Of a stretch of 64,000 nt of DNA, positions 33,001 through 39,836 are shown piece by piece (the stretch's first letter is position 1; the number at the start of each line of letters is the position of its first letter). The notes below the pieces were generated by a model, which ran no database searches, had not been told where the DNA came from, and saw only the letters and a program-made list of their open reading frames with translations. The translations under genes were made by a program, and so were the position numbers. The stretch lies in NCBI GenBank assembly GCA_000146465.1, contig CP001942.1; one strand, given 5' to 3'.

Positions 33001-33071
33001 ATTTCTGTGCAGATCACAAAAGTTTAAAAATCAGAAAGAAAGGAATTCTTAGTGATTTCTTTGGATTCTAA
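30015..33071 (+). CDS. Tricalbin/extended-synaptotagmin-like protein (N-terminal TM hairpin, SMP lipid-transfer domain, C2 domains)
   Basis: 1018 aa. Hydrophobic hairpin GLIFVGSVVGYIIGKMGFSIVNLFFVGYVIFFIY. SMP-like block ETVEWLNYALKKFWEVAEPVISAEVYQQVNNELLKV...LRLIEFTLGSRSPFIEGISYISMDGNTLAIEVEVAFV. Downstream beta-rich repeats are consistent with C2 domains. Confidence 0.55.
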   Translation: MEEFSTTSNRREKLSKPLLPEDIPKRVDEPQLKIHERSVEEFQDILDIEPKEGLFFYIRIPGLIFVGSVVGYIIGKMGFSIVNLFFVGYVIFFIYNRKVERFTRSLKSLVYHSARREKARNNGETVEWLNYALKKFWEVAEPVISAEVYQQVNNELLKVSPPFLNGLRLIEFTLGSRSPFIEGISYISMDGNTLAIEVEVAFVPLEISRDVVNYLENDSKNWNSKIQLSARVGTRNGIGINLPILVKELFFKGRVRIVANLFSKNMFVKDVEICLMDSPEFDFTLVPLKMVDIMDVPGLSRWIRSIINSSLATTVINPNSMTIDVDRISKDKGKIIGVVCLQILNLENEDDERLTVEIDVDGRVGYQTRYGEGKGIVYNEHFYMPIENVDSRIGLSLRSESRKTRRRNGSIFLKNLPLDKIEESVDNEWYEPRRTFFCSTRLVKDEQTYSFVNTNLQFYPIQKERSNSGIVKMTLVGIEDLRGNKASKAYTYSTFCTVIVSPINREESSIPIGFIENTVSATAMMMSGIVKTTGNMISNIIPGIETTTTRLLPSSKNTFYVFESKRIFGTNSPIYNESFTFFCRDIQVDVVSICVMNDKTSEVIGRVSIPVRDIHFNKKEKYKLNDAHSGRMELSFTIDYVDMVDKEIGFVDYERMLKISVDSMNEKGVYYAIFETNTDCFRMETFTSALPIKRRIYVPVQKENSLRFRLYKETINGDVFIGEDKINCSPCDGVRREAFLLDEQISLTLSIEEESLRDYSGAPDEKNNIKVIQAKFGKFYGYSQEMFIEFSNKYGAIGASGFTRGGKLNDTFTFIAGNEEIYAIIKSGDQTVNQTLGQCIIPKRTLKEKVMLNEHGLSVDMEVKIQGCSYKPASMLKTGYLEVYIKNGSNIRSSVQSPIDTYCKILVNETKVYTTKPVRKNNNPVFNESFIMEIDKTKDVFGIQICDYNVSERNALLYYTEFSLHNLSEGFSEMEFGLFDGKTFQPVESKIRIGFNFCADHKSLKIRKKGILSDFFGF

Positions 33072-33107
33072 GTTAGATTCATTAAAACACAAACAAAATA
33101 TGCTCCA

Positions 33108-33503
33108 CTACTCTTCTTTATAAATCTTGTTGAAATCTTCAAGTCTCATCTTTCTATCTTTAAACATATCGATCATCATGTCGATGTAACTTTCTTTGAA
33201 AGAAAGGCCATAACTCCTAAGGATTGCCTCCAGGTCCGATCTATCTATGTAGCCCTTCTGGCCTTTGTCCCAAGAGTTGAAGACATCCAAGCTTCCAGCT
33301 CTTTTCAATACTAGGATTTCAAGAATCGAATGGAATTCATCTCCTGTTACAGTGCTCCCAAGAGATTGAGTTAGCTGGGACACTTGCTGGGGATTTAGGT
33401 GCAAGAATACAATATCTATGAACTCCTTGAGATCCTCAAGGGTCATCGTGGTGCCATTGCTTACCAAATCATATATTTTGTCCGACTCCCTATCCTTTAT
33501 CAT
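33108..33503 (-). CDS. Small EF-hand-like protein (degenerate loop), light-chain-like
   Basis: 131 aa. Single loop-like DKGQKGYIDRSDLEAIL with flanking helices. Weak evidence. Confidence 0.3.
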   Translation of the reverse strand: MIKDRESDKIYDLVSNGTTMTLEDLKEFIDIVFLHLNPQQVSQLTQSLGSTVTGDEFHSILEILVLKRAGSLDVFNSWDKGQKGYIDRSDLEAILRSYGLSFKESYIDMMIDMFKDRKMRLEDFNKIYKEE

Positions 33504-33749
33504 ATGGGTTGGAAGTAGCCCAACATCAATTGAAACAAGTTATGGCTTTAGAAACACCATTTGGTGCCCTATGACGGCATTCAAGTGGGTGATATATTAA
33601 GGTAATAGAAGGGTTATTGCCTTGTGAAATTGACAACCTTTCGATGGGGTGTATTTAGATTTAGAAGGAGATAATGAATTCTATATAAGGAAAAAGAATT
33701 GTTATTCTTTTTATTTCTAAATATAAATAAAGGATAAACATAAAGTTCA

Positions 33750-34418
33750 ATGATTAGAAAGAGTCTTTTCATTTTGGTTGCAACTGGAATGGGAATCATA
33801 AAGGCCACAGGAGGAGAAGGAGGCCTCTACATACCTAGCACCATCTTACGAGAGTTAGGAAGTGCTTCCATGGGAGGATATCTCATGATTGCAGAAACAG
33901 GAAATGGAGACTTCGGAATTGTAAGCAGTTCTGAGTCCCCATACATCATAGAGAGTGGAGTACATTCGGAAGTAGCCTGGCAACCGGTGAATGGAGACAA
34001 TAGAGCAGTTCCCGTCTATGCCCCCTCTCCTGCAGAAATTCGAGAGAGCATCCCGACTGTATATGGAGAGCCATCCCAGTACATGGGTCCACAACAAGAA
34101 GGATTTGTCCCTGCCTCTACACCTGTGGTTACATCTGTTGAGGAGACTGGATCTACATCTGGAGTGTCTACTGGCGCCATTGTAGCCGGAACAACCGCAG
34201 GAGTTGCAACTGGAGCTGCTACAGGAGCTGCAGTGTCTTCCACCACATCTGAGACCAAAGATACCACTGCTGCAGGAACCACCACTGGAAAGACTTCTGG
34301 AGACAAGACAAGCACAACCAAAGACACCAAGACCTCCACCAAGACCAAGAAGAAGGGAGCCAAGAGCCTTGTAGCCCTCAGTGCAGTTGCAGTTACAGCA
34401 TTGTTCTCAATCTTGTGA
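33750..34418 (+). CDS. Secreted Ser/Thr/Ala/Gly-rich protein with C-terminal GPI-anchor-like signal; candidate spore-wall protein, EnP2-like
   Basis: 222 aa. Signal peptide MIRKSLFILVATGMGIIKA. C-terminal half is nearly pure S/T/A/G (mucin-like, O-glycosylation-prone). It ends in a K-rich stretch followed by hydrophobic tail LVALSAVAVTALFSIL. TATA-like tatataagg lies about 65 nt upstream. Confidence 0.55.
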   Translation: MIRKSLFILVATGMGIIKATGGEGGLYIPSTILRELGSASMGGYLMIAETGNGDFGIVSSSESPYIIESGVHSEVAWQPVNGDNRAVPVYAPSPAEIRESIPTVYGEPSQYMGPQQEGFVPASTPVVTSVEETGSTSGVSTGAIVAGTTAGVATGAATGAAVSSTTSETKDTTAAGTTTGKTSGDKTSTTKDTKTSTKTKKKGAKSLVALSAVAVTALFSIL

Positions 34419-34599
34419 TGTAAATAAATTTTCAAGCATCAATTGTAAAATATTCTTGGTCTTTCTAACTCTATGAATTGAAGATTGTCTCTCCTGTAGG
34501 ATTGTCGTTCTTCATAGGCGTTGTACAAGATTTCCAATTTCTTTTGTCTACGATGGAATTTTCTAAGGTAAAATTTTCTTTAGGGCAGCCCTGGTAAAA

Positions 34600-34995
34600 A
34601 TGCCTGAGGAAGCGAAGTACACATGGGATCAAGAGCTTAACGAAATTAATATCCGACTTCCAATGCCCAAGGACACAGATAACAGCTTGATAAAGATTGA
34701 TGTGGTGGGAAGGAAGGTCCTTGTGAAAATACAGGACGAAGTGATGATAGATGGAGAGTTTTTACACGAGGTAGACGTCTCGAGTCTTTGGTGGGTGGTT
34801 GAAGGAGACATGGTTGATGTCAATATAACAAAGAAAAGAAATGAATGGTGGGACAGTCTGTTAGTAGGGTCTGAGACAATCGATGTCCAAAGGTTGGCTG
34901 AGGATAAGCATGCAGACATAAGTATGCTCGATCCGGAGGCCAGAGAGGTTGTGGAAAAGATGATGCACAACACAAGCAAAAAGGACTTGGAATAA
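34600..34995 (+). CDS. NudC-family CS-domain protein
   Basis: 131 aa. YTWDQELNEINIRLPMP...IKIDVVGRKVLVKI...IDGEFLHEVDVSSLWWVVEGDMVDVNITKK..EWWDSLL...DPEAREVVEKMMHN matches the NudC C-terminal CS domain, including the terminal MMxD-like tail. Confidence 0.65.
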   Translation: MPEEAKYTWDQELNEINIRLPMPKDTDNSLIKIDVVGRKVLVKIQDEVMIDGEFLHEVDVSSLWWVVEGDMVDVNITKKRNEWWDSLLVGSETIDVQRLAEDKHADISMLDPEAREVVEKMMHNTSKKDLE

Positions 34996-35090
34996 GCTAT
35001 ATGATTAAAGTCTTATGAGCCTTATTTGCATAGATTGTCTTTTTTCAGGTCTAGGGAAAATATTTCAAAAAATAAACAGAGGAAGGGCTT

Positions 35091-38033
35091 ATGACGGCGA
35101 AGGATCTTAAGAAGATTATGGAGAAGGAGGCGTCAAGGGTAAAGAGCCTTAGCTTCCACCCGACAAAGCCTGTAATAATTTCGGGGCATCATAGCGGATC
35201 CATAAAGGCATGGGACTACCAGATGGGTGTTTGCATCCACGAGTTTCTTGACCACGACGGATCTGTAAGGGCTGTCTTGTTCCATCCTAGGGGGGATTTC
35301 TTTGTAAGCGGAGGAGACGACAAGGTTATAAGGGTATGGAGTTATACAGAAAGAAGAATCACAAACAAGCTTCGGGGACATGACGATTTTATCAGATCAT
35401 TGGATTTCCACCCAACAAAGCCTTGGATCCTCAGTGCATCTGACGACCAAACAATAATGGTATGGAATATGCTAACAGGCAAACTTCTTGCGACTGCTAG
35501 AGGGCATTGCCATTATGTTATGGCAGCCAAGTTTTTGGGAGAGGAGTCTATTGTGAGTGGATCGCTGGACCAGTCGATAAGGATTTGGGACTGCAAGGGA
35601 CTAAAGGAGGGAGGCAAAAAGAACTCGCTACTGCCGGATATAGTTATAAAGCAGATTGTAGATGGACACGATAGAGGAATCAATGCAATAGCTGCGAAGG
35701 ATGGAGTTTTTGTAAGCGGGGGAGACGACAGAGACATCAAGTGCTGGGAATGGTCTGAGACCTCTGTCTGGGAGAAGGAAGTTATGTACAATCATCAGGG
35801 ACCTGTTACTGGGCTTCTTTGTGATAGGGAGTACGTGCTAAGCTCTGGAGAAGACGGGCTGTTTTCGATATACAACACAGAAACCAGGAAATCAATTGAA
35901 CGCCGCACAGAAGGGAGGTATTGGTGTGTAGCCAACAAAGGAAATCTGTATGCAGCAGGCCATGACTCCGGCTTTGAAGTGTATATTTATTCTGAACCAA
36001 AGATCATCTGTACACATGGGCAAGGATTTTTCTATTTGAAGAACTCTCGGATTCATTACAGCGACTTCAAAACAGAGAAAGTCCTCCTGAAGCCAAAGAA
36101 AGACGTTACTTCGATCTGTGCCAAAGGGGAATATCTTCTTGTCCAATATGATGGTAAGTTTAATGTCCTTATCGACGGAAAGGTTGTAGTAGAGGAATCA
36201 GGAGAAGGAGACCTATTTGAGAACTCGGAAGGAGATGTAGAGTTAATTGTAAAGAATGAGGAAGGAGCTTATAGAGGAGGGATTTCCTCTCGGAATAAGC
36301 ATCTTCTCTCTTCATCCAAAGGGAGTCTTTTCCCTGGAAGTAACGAGTTTTTCTTCCTGGTGAATGGAAGAAGTATTACAATGTGCTTTGTTGAAGGAGA
36401 GGAGAAAACATTCAATATTCCATTCCATCTGACCAAAATAGTTTGCTCCAACAGTAGAATATCATTTGTTGGGAACAATGATATTTTGATTTACAACCTT
36501 GATTTGAGTCCTGTAAATAGCATTAATGAGATAGTTCCGATTATTGATGGATTTTTCCATGAGGATATTTTCATCTATGCTACTCATCGGCACCTGAAGT
36601 ATGCCTTTGAAGATTCAGGAGTGTTAAAAAGCATTGAAAAGCCTATCCTTCCATTTGCTCTTGAGGAGGGGAAGACCATTTACTTCCTGTCTGACGATGG
36701 AATTGAATGTGTTGATGTGGAATTGATCGAAGTGAAGTTCAAGAAGGCAGTCCTAATGGAAGAAGACATAGCTCCTCTTATTGAAGAGGGAGCGATGCCG
36801 GGTCTGTCGCCTCTTTCCTATCTTGTTAGGCAGAAAAAGGGAGCTCTAGCTCTCCCATATATCAAGGACAGGAGACAGCGGTTTGAACTTTGTCTCAGTG
36901 ACTTGAGATTAGATGAGTGTATGGAGTACTGCATACAGGAGGGAGATGTGGATATGAACAGGAGACTTGCAGATGCAGCCATAAGAGAGTGTAGAGTAGA
37001 CATAGCCGAAAGGTGTCTCGAAAGCACAAGGGAATGGAATATGTTGTTTATGCTCTATGTGTGCTCGAGGGATGATGAGAAAATCAGGGAACTTGCTGAA
37101 AAAGTAGACCCTGTCACAAAAAATATGATTATGATGTATTTGGAAGATGTAGAATATTTCAAAAAGACCAAGGTTATTGGAGAGTACAAAGGAGAGAATG
37201 GGAACAAGAATCCAACCCCGGATGTTAGCTCATGGGGGCGTGGAGAGAGTAAGGAAATAGATTTTCAATCCACCGCCAAGAACGATTCGGATTTTTTTGA
37301 GATATCTCCGAGCTCAAATGATATTCCACAAAGATGGAACTACAATGAAAAAGACGATGTCCAGTCTGAGGACGAGATACATTCAGATCTCTCTGAAACA
37401 GAGGAGAAATGGAATGAGAGAAGCCTTCCTGTGGACGAGAAGTCTTTGCAAGAGAGTGCCTACCTTGAAAGTTCGGAGGGTATGAATGAGATACTAGAAA
37501 GAGGCCTGTCTCTGACGACCGAAGGGAAGTTTGGCAAAGCAATAGAGGCTTTCCGGGAAGGGATGGTGAAGATTGCACTCTACATTAGAGATAATAATGC
37601 GAGCGAGTCCTTTTTAGAGGAGAGAAGGAAAATCGGATCTTATATTTCTGGTTTGGTGGTTGAAAAGATAAGGAGAAAGACCGATTCGCCTTTGAAGAAC
37701 ATTATGATGGCCAAGTACTTTTCGGAGCTCCCGCTGGAGAAGGAGCATCACGTCCTAGCCTCATCCACAGCCATCATGGTGTTCAGAAAGAACGGAAATT
37801 TGAAACAGGCTAAGGAGTTAGCGATGGAGCTCAGGAAGGAGGGAAAGGATAGTAAGGTCATTGAGAAAGCAATTGAGGAAGAAAATCCAAAGGACGAGCA
37901 TGAGCTTCCTGAAGGGGTTTTTTGCCATGACATCCTAGAGACAAGGACTAGTGCTAAAACATGCTTGCTATGCTTCGTCAACAGCTCTAGTGGCAATATA
38001 TGTACAAGCTGCAGGGTTGGAGTCCTTCAATAA
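35091..38033 (+). CDS. COPA: Coatomer alpha subunit (alpha-COP)
   Basis: 980 aa. N-terminal WD40 propeller SRVKSLSFHPTKPVIISGHHSGSIKAWDYQMGVCIHEFLDHDGSVRAVLFHP..FFVSGGDDKVIRVWSY...SASDDQTIMVWNM parallels alpha-COP. Helical middle follows. C-terminal Cys cluster CHDILETRTSAKTCLLCFVNSSSGNICTSCRVG is typical of COPA. Confidence 0.8.
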   Translation: MTAKDLKKIMEKEASRVKSLSFHPTKPVIISGHHSGSIKAWDYQMGVCIHEFLDHDGSVRAVLFHPRGDFFVSGGDDKVIRVWSYTERRITNKLRGHDDFIRSLDFHPTKPWILSASDDQTIMVWNMLTGKLLATARGHCHYVMAAKFLGEESIVSGSLDQSIRIWDCKGLKEGGKKNSLLPDIVIKQIVDGHDRGINAIAAKDGVFVSGGDDRDIKCWEWSETSVWEKEVMYNHQGPVTGLLCDREYVLSSGEDGLFSIYNTETRKSIERRTEGRYWCVANKGNLYAAGHDSGFEVYIYSEPKIICTHGQGFFYLKNSRIHYSDFKTEKVLLKPKKDVTSICAKGEYLLVQYDGKFNVLIDGKVVVEESGEGDLFENSEGDVELIVKNEEGAYRGGISSRNKHLLSSSKGSLFPGSNEFFFLVNGRSITMCFVEGEEKTFNIPFHLTKIVCSNSRISFVGNNDILIYNLDLSPVNSINEIVPIIDGFFHEDIFIYATHRHLKYAFEDSGVLKSIEKPILPFALEEGKTIYFLSDDGIECVDVELIEVKFKKAVLMEEDIAPLIEEGAMPGLSPLSYLVRQKKGALALPYIKDRRQRFELCLSDLRLDECMEYCIQEGDVDMNRRLADAAIRECRVDIAERCLESTREWNMLFMLYVCSRDDEKIRELAEKVDPVTKNMIMMYLEDVEYFKKTKVIGEYKGENGNKNPTPDVSSWGRGESKEIDFQSTAKNDSDFFEISPSSNDIPQRWNYNEKDDVQSEDEIHSDLSETEEKWNERSLPVDEKSLQESAYLESSEGMNEILERGLSLTTEGKFGKAIEAFREGMVKIALYIRDNNASESFLEERRKIGSYISGLVVEKIRRKTDSPLKNIMMAKYFSELPLEKEHHVLASSTAIMVFRKNGNLKQAKELAMELRKEGKDSKVIEKAIEEENPKDEHELPEGVFCHDILETRTSAKTCLLCFVNSSSGNICTSCRVGVLQ

Positions 38034-38122
38034 TAATAAAAACTCTGTGCTATTTCCCCGTCATTTGTCTACCCTATTGGCCTCCAAAATTCAGATTCTC
38101 TTAGATAAGCCCTTGGGGTGGT

Positions 38123-39349
38123 ATGAATAACAAAGAGAAACAGAAATCCAAAGAGAACTTGAACAGTACTTTGGGGCTTCCCCAGGAGCTGATCGGAAGG
38201 ATTATGGCCCACTCAAATGTGAAACATGTAAAGAGACTAATGAAATGCAACTCACTTCTCTTTACAAAACTGAGGAACGATTTTTCTGTGTGGGGATTCT
38301 TTACATCTGGAAGGTATCCGTGCATTGCTGGATATATAAGTGAAATTAAGAATAAATACACATTGATGAAGAACATATCCCGGTCCCGGAACGAAAGAAG
38401 CGTTGACTTCGAGACCAATCAATCGGATATCACGTTTATGCAGATAGACAGAGACAGAATAGTATGTTCTTCGGACGATCAAACTATAAAGATATTTGGA
38501 ATGGATGGACGGCTCATAAGGACGTTTATCGGCCATAAGGGAGGAGTGTGGACCTTTATGCTCAATAACAAGCATCTTGTAAGCGGAAGTACGGATAAAA
38601 CAGCTAGGATCTGGGATTTGTGGACAGGATGTACTCTTTGTGTTCTTTCCGGGCACAAGTCTGTTGTCAGATCTTTGAAGATTTATGAAGACTATATTGC
38701 AACTGGGAGCAGAGATTCTGAAATAAGAATTTGGAATTTCAGAGGGACATGCCTTAATGTACTCAAGGGGCACACAATGAGCGTCAGATGCATGGACATG
38801 AATGAGAGCTATCTCGTAAGTGGGTCCTATGACGGAAGTGTTGCCCTGTGGGACTACAGAAGAGGGAAGCTTCTAAGATATTTAAAGTCGCATTCTCTTA
38901 GGGTATATTCTGTCTCTCTTTCTCTAAACTATGTTGCATCAGGGAGCCTGGATTCTAGTGTTCACGTTTCAACACTGGATGGGAAGCTTGTGTGTTCATA
39001 CAAGATCCACCGCTCGTTAGTGATCTGGCTTAAGTTTGTTAACAACGGTCGATACCTGCTTAGTTCAGGAGCGGATGGGATCCTATGCAAATGGGATCTT
39101 CGAGAAAACATTCTCGTTTATAAGATCGAAGAAAATGGCCATATAACAGCGCAAGCGGTTATCGAGGATTTACTGATAGTCGGAACCAAGAGAGAAGTGA
39201 AGATATATAACTTAAGCGATGGAAGCTTTATCAGAACTCTCTTTTCTGCATCATCTCTGATAAGTAAGGTTGAGGTGTCTGGTCGATGCATATCCGTTGG
39301 ATATTACTCGGATTCAGGAGCCTGTAGATTGATAGTATTCAATTATTGA
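38123..39349 (+). CDS. F-box/WD40-repeat protein (Cdc4/Fbw7/Met30-like SCF substrate adaptor)
   Basis: 408 aa. F-box [32 protein letters not shown], followed by about 7 WD40 repeats ([63 protein letters not shown]). Confidence 0.7.
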   Translation: MNNKEKQKSKENLNSTLGLPQELIGRIMAHSNVKHVKRLMKCNSLLFTKLRNDFSVWGFFTSGRYPCIAGYISEIKNKYTLMKNISRSRNERSVDFETNQSDITFMQIDRDRIVCSSDDQTIKIFGMDGRLIRTFIGHKGGVWTFMLNNKHLVSGSTDKTARIWDLWTGCTLCVLSGHKSVVRSLKIYEDYIATGSRDSEIRIWNFRGTCLNVLKGHTMSVRCMDMNESYLVSGSYDGSVALWDYRRGKLLRYLKSHSLRVYSVSLSLNYVASGSLDSSVHVSTLDGKLVCSYKIHRSLVIWLKFVNNGRYLLSSGADGILCKWDLRENILVYKIEENGHITAQAVIEDLLIVGTKREVKIYNLSDGSFIRTLFSASSLISKVEVSGRCISVGYYSDSGACRLIVFNY

Positions 39350-39368
39350 AGAGCCAAGGCTGCAGAAG

Positions 39369-39749
39369 ATGAGACACAATTCCCAGCCCTTGCAAATGGC
39401 TCTCGGGCAGAAACTACAAAAAGGAATTCCAAAACCTTTGTATCACCGACTAGCAGACGAAGAGCTATCAGATCTATCAGAACATTTGGAAAGGAAGCTT
39501 TGCAACGAATATGCTGACTACAAGGACGGAAATCTTCAGATCAGAATCGAGGGAATCGGGGAGTATATGTTCAATAAGCAGCCTGCTGCCATGCAGATAT
39601 GGGCATCGTCTCCAATAACAGGGCCTAGGAAGTTTGATATATGCAAAAGGTATGAATGGATAGATCTAAGAAACAACATCTCACTTAGTGAATATGTCAA
39701 AGAAGAGCTGAAAAAGATACAAAGTAAAATAGGCAGAAAAGATAAATAG
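39369..39749 (+). CDS. YFH1: Frataxin (mitosomal Fe-S assembly)
   Basis: 126 aa. Acidic helix1 ([20 protein letters not shown]), beta-sheet block [38 protein letters not shown] and [18 protein letters not shown] are all frataxin/CyaY hallmarks. Confidence 0.7.
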   Translation: MRHNSQPLQMALGQKLQKGIPKPLYHRLADEELSDLSEHLERKLCNEYADYKDGNLQIRIEGIGEYMFNKQPAAMQIWASSPITGPRKFDICKRYEWIDLRNNISLSEYVKEELKKIQSKIGRKDK

Positions 39750-39836
39750 AAAGACCATGTTTTCACATCTCGACGACGCTTATAAAGTAGAATTCTTTTA
39801 TTCCACAAACCTTTTAATCTCACAATTCTTTGAAGC

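Noticed and set aside
33614-33808. 64-aa minus-strand ORF in the AT-rich spacer upstream of the Ser/Thr-rich gene
   Set aside because: It is a low-complexity AT-rich translation (FIFRNKKNNNSFSLYRIHYLL) overlapping the start of 33750..34418. More plausibly promoter DNA containing a TATA-like element.
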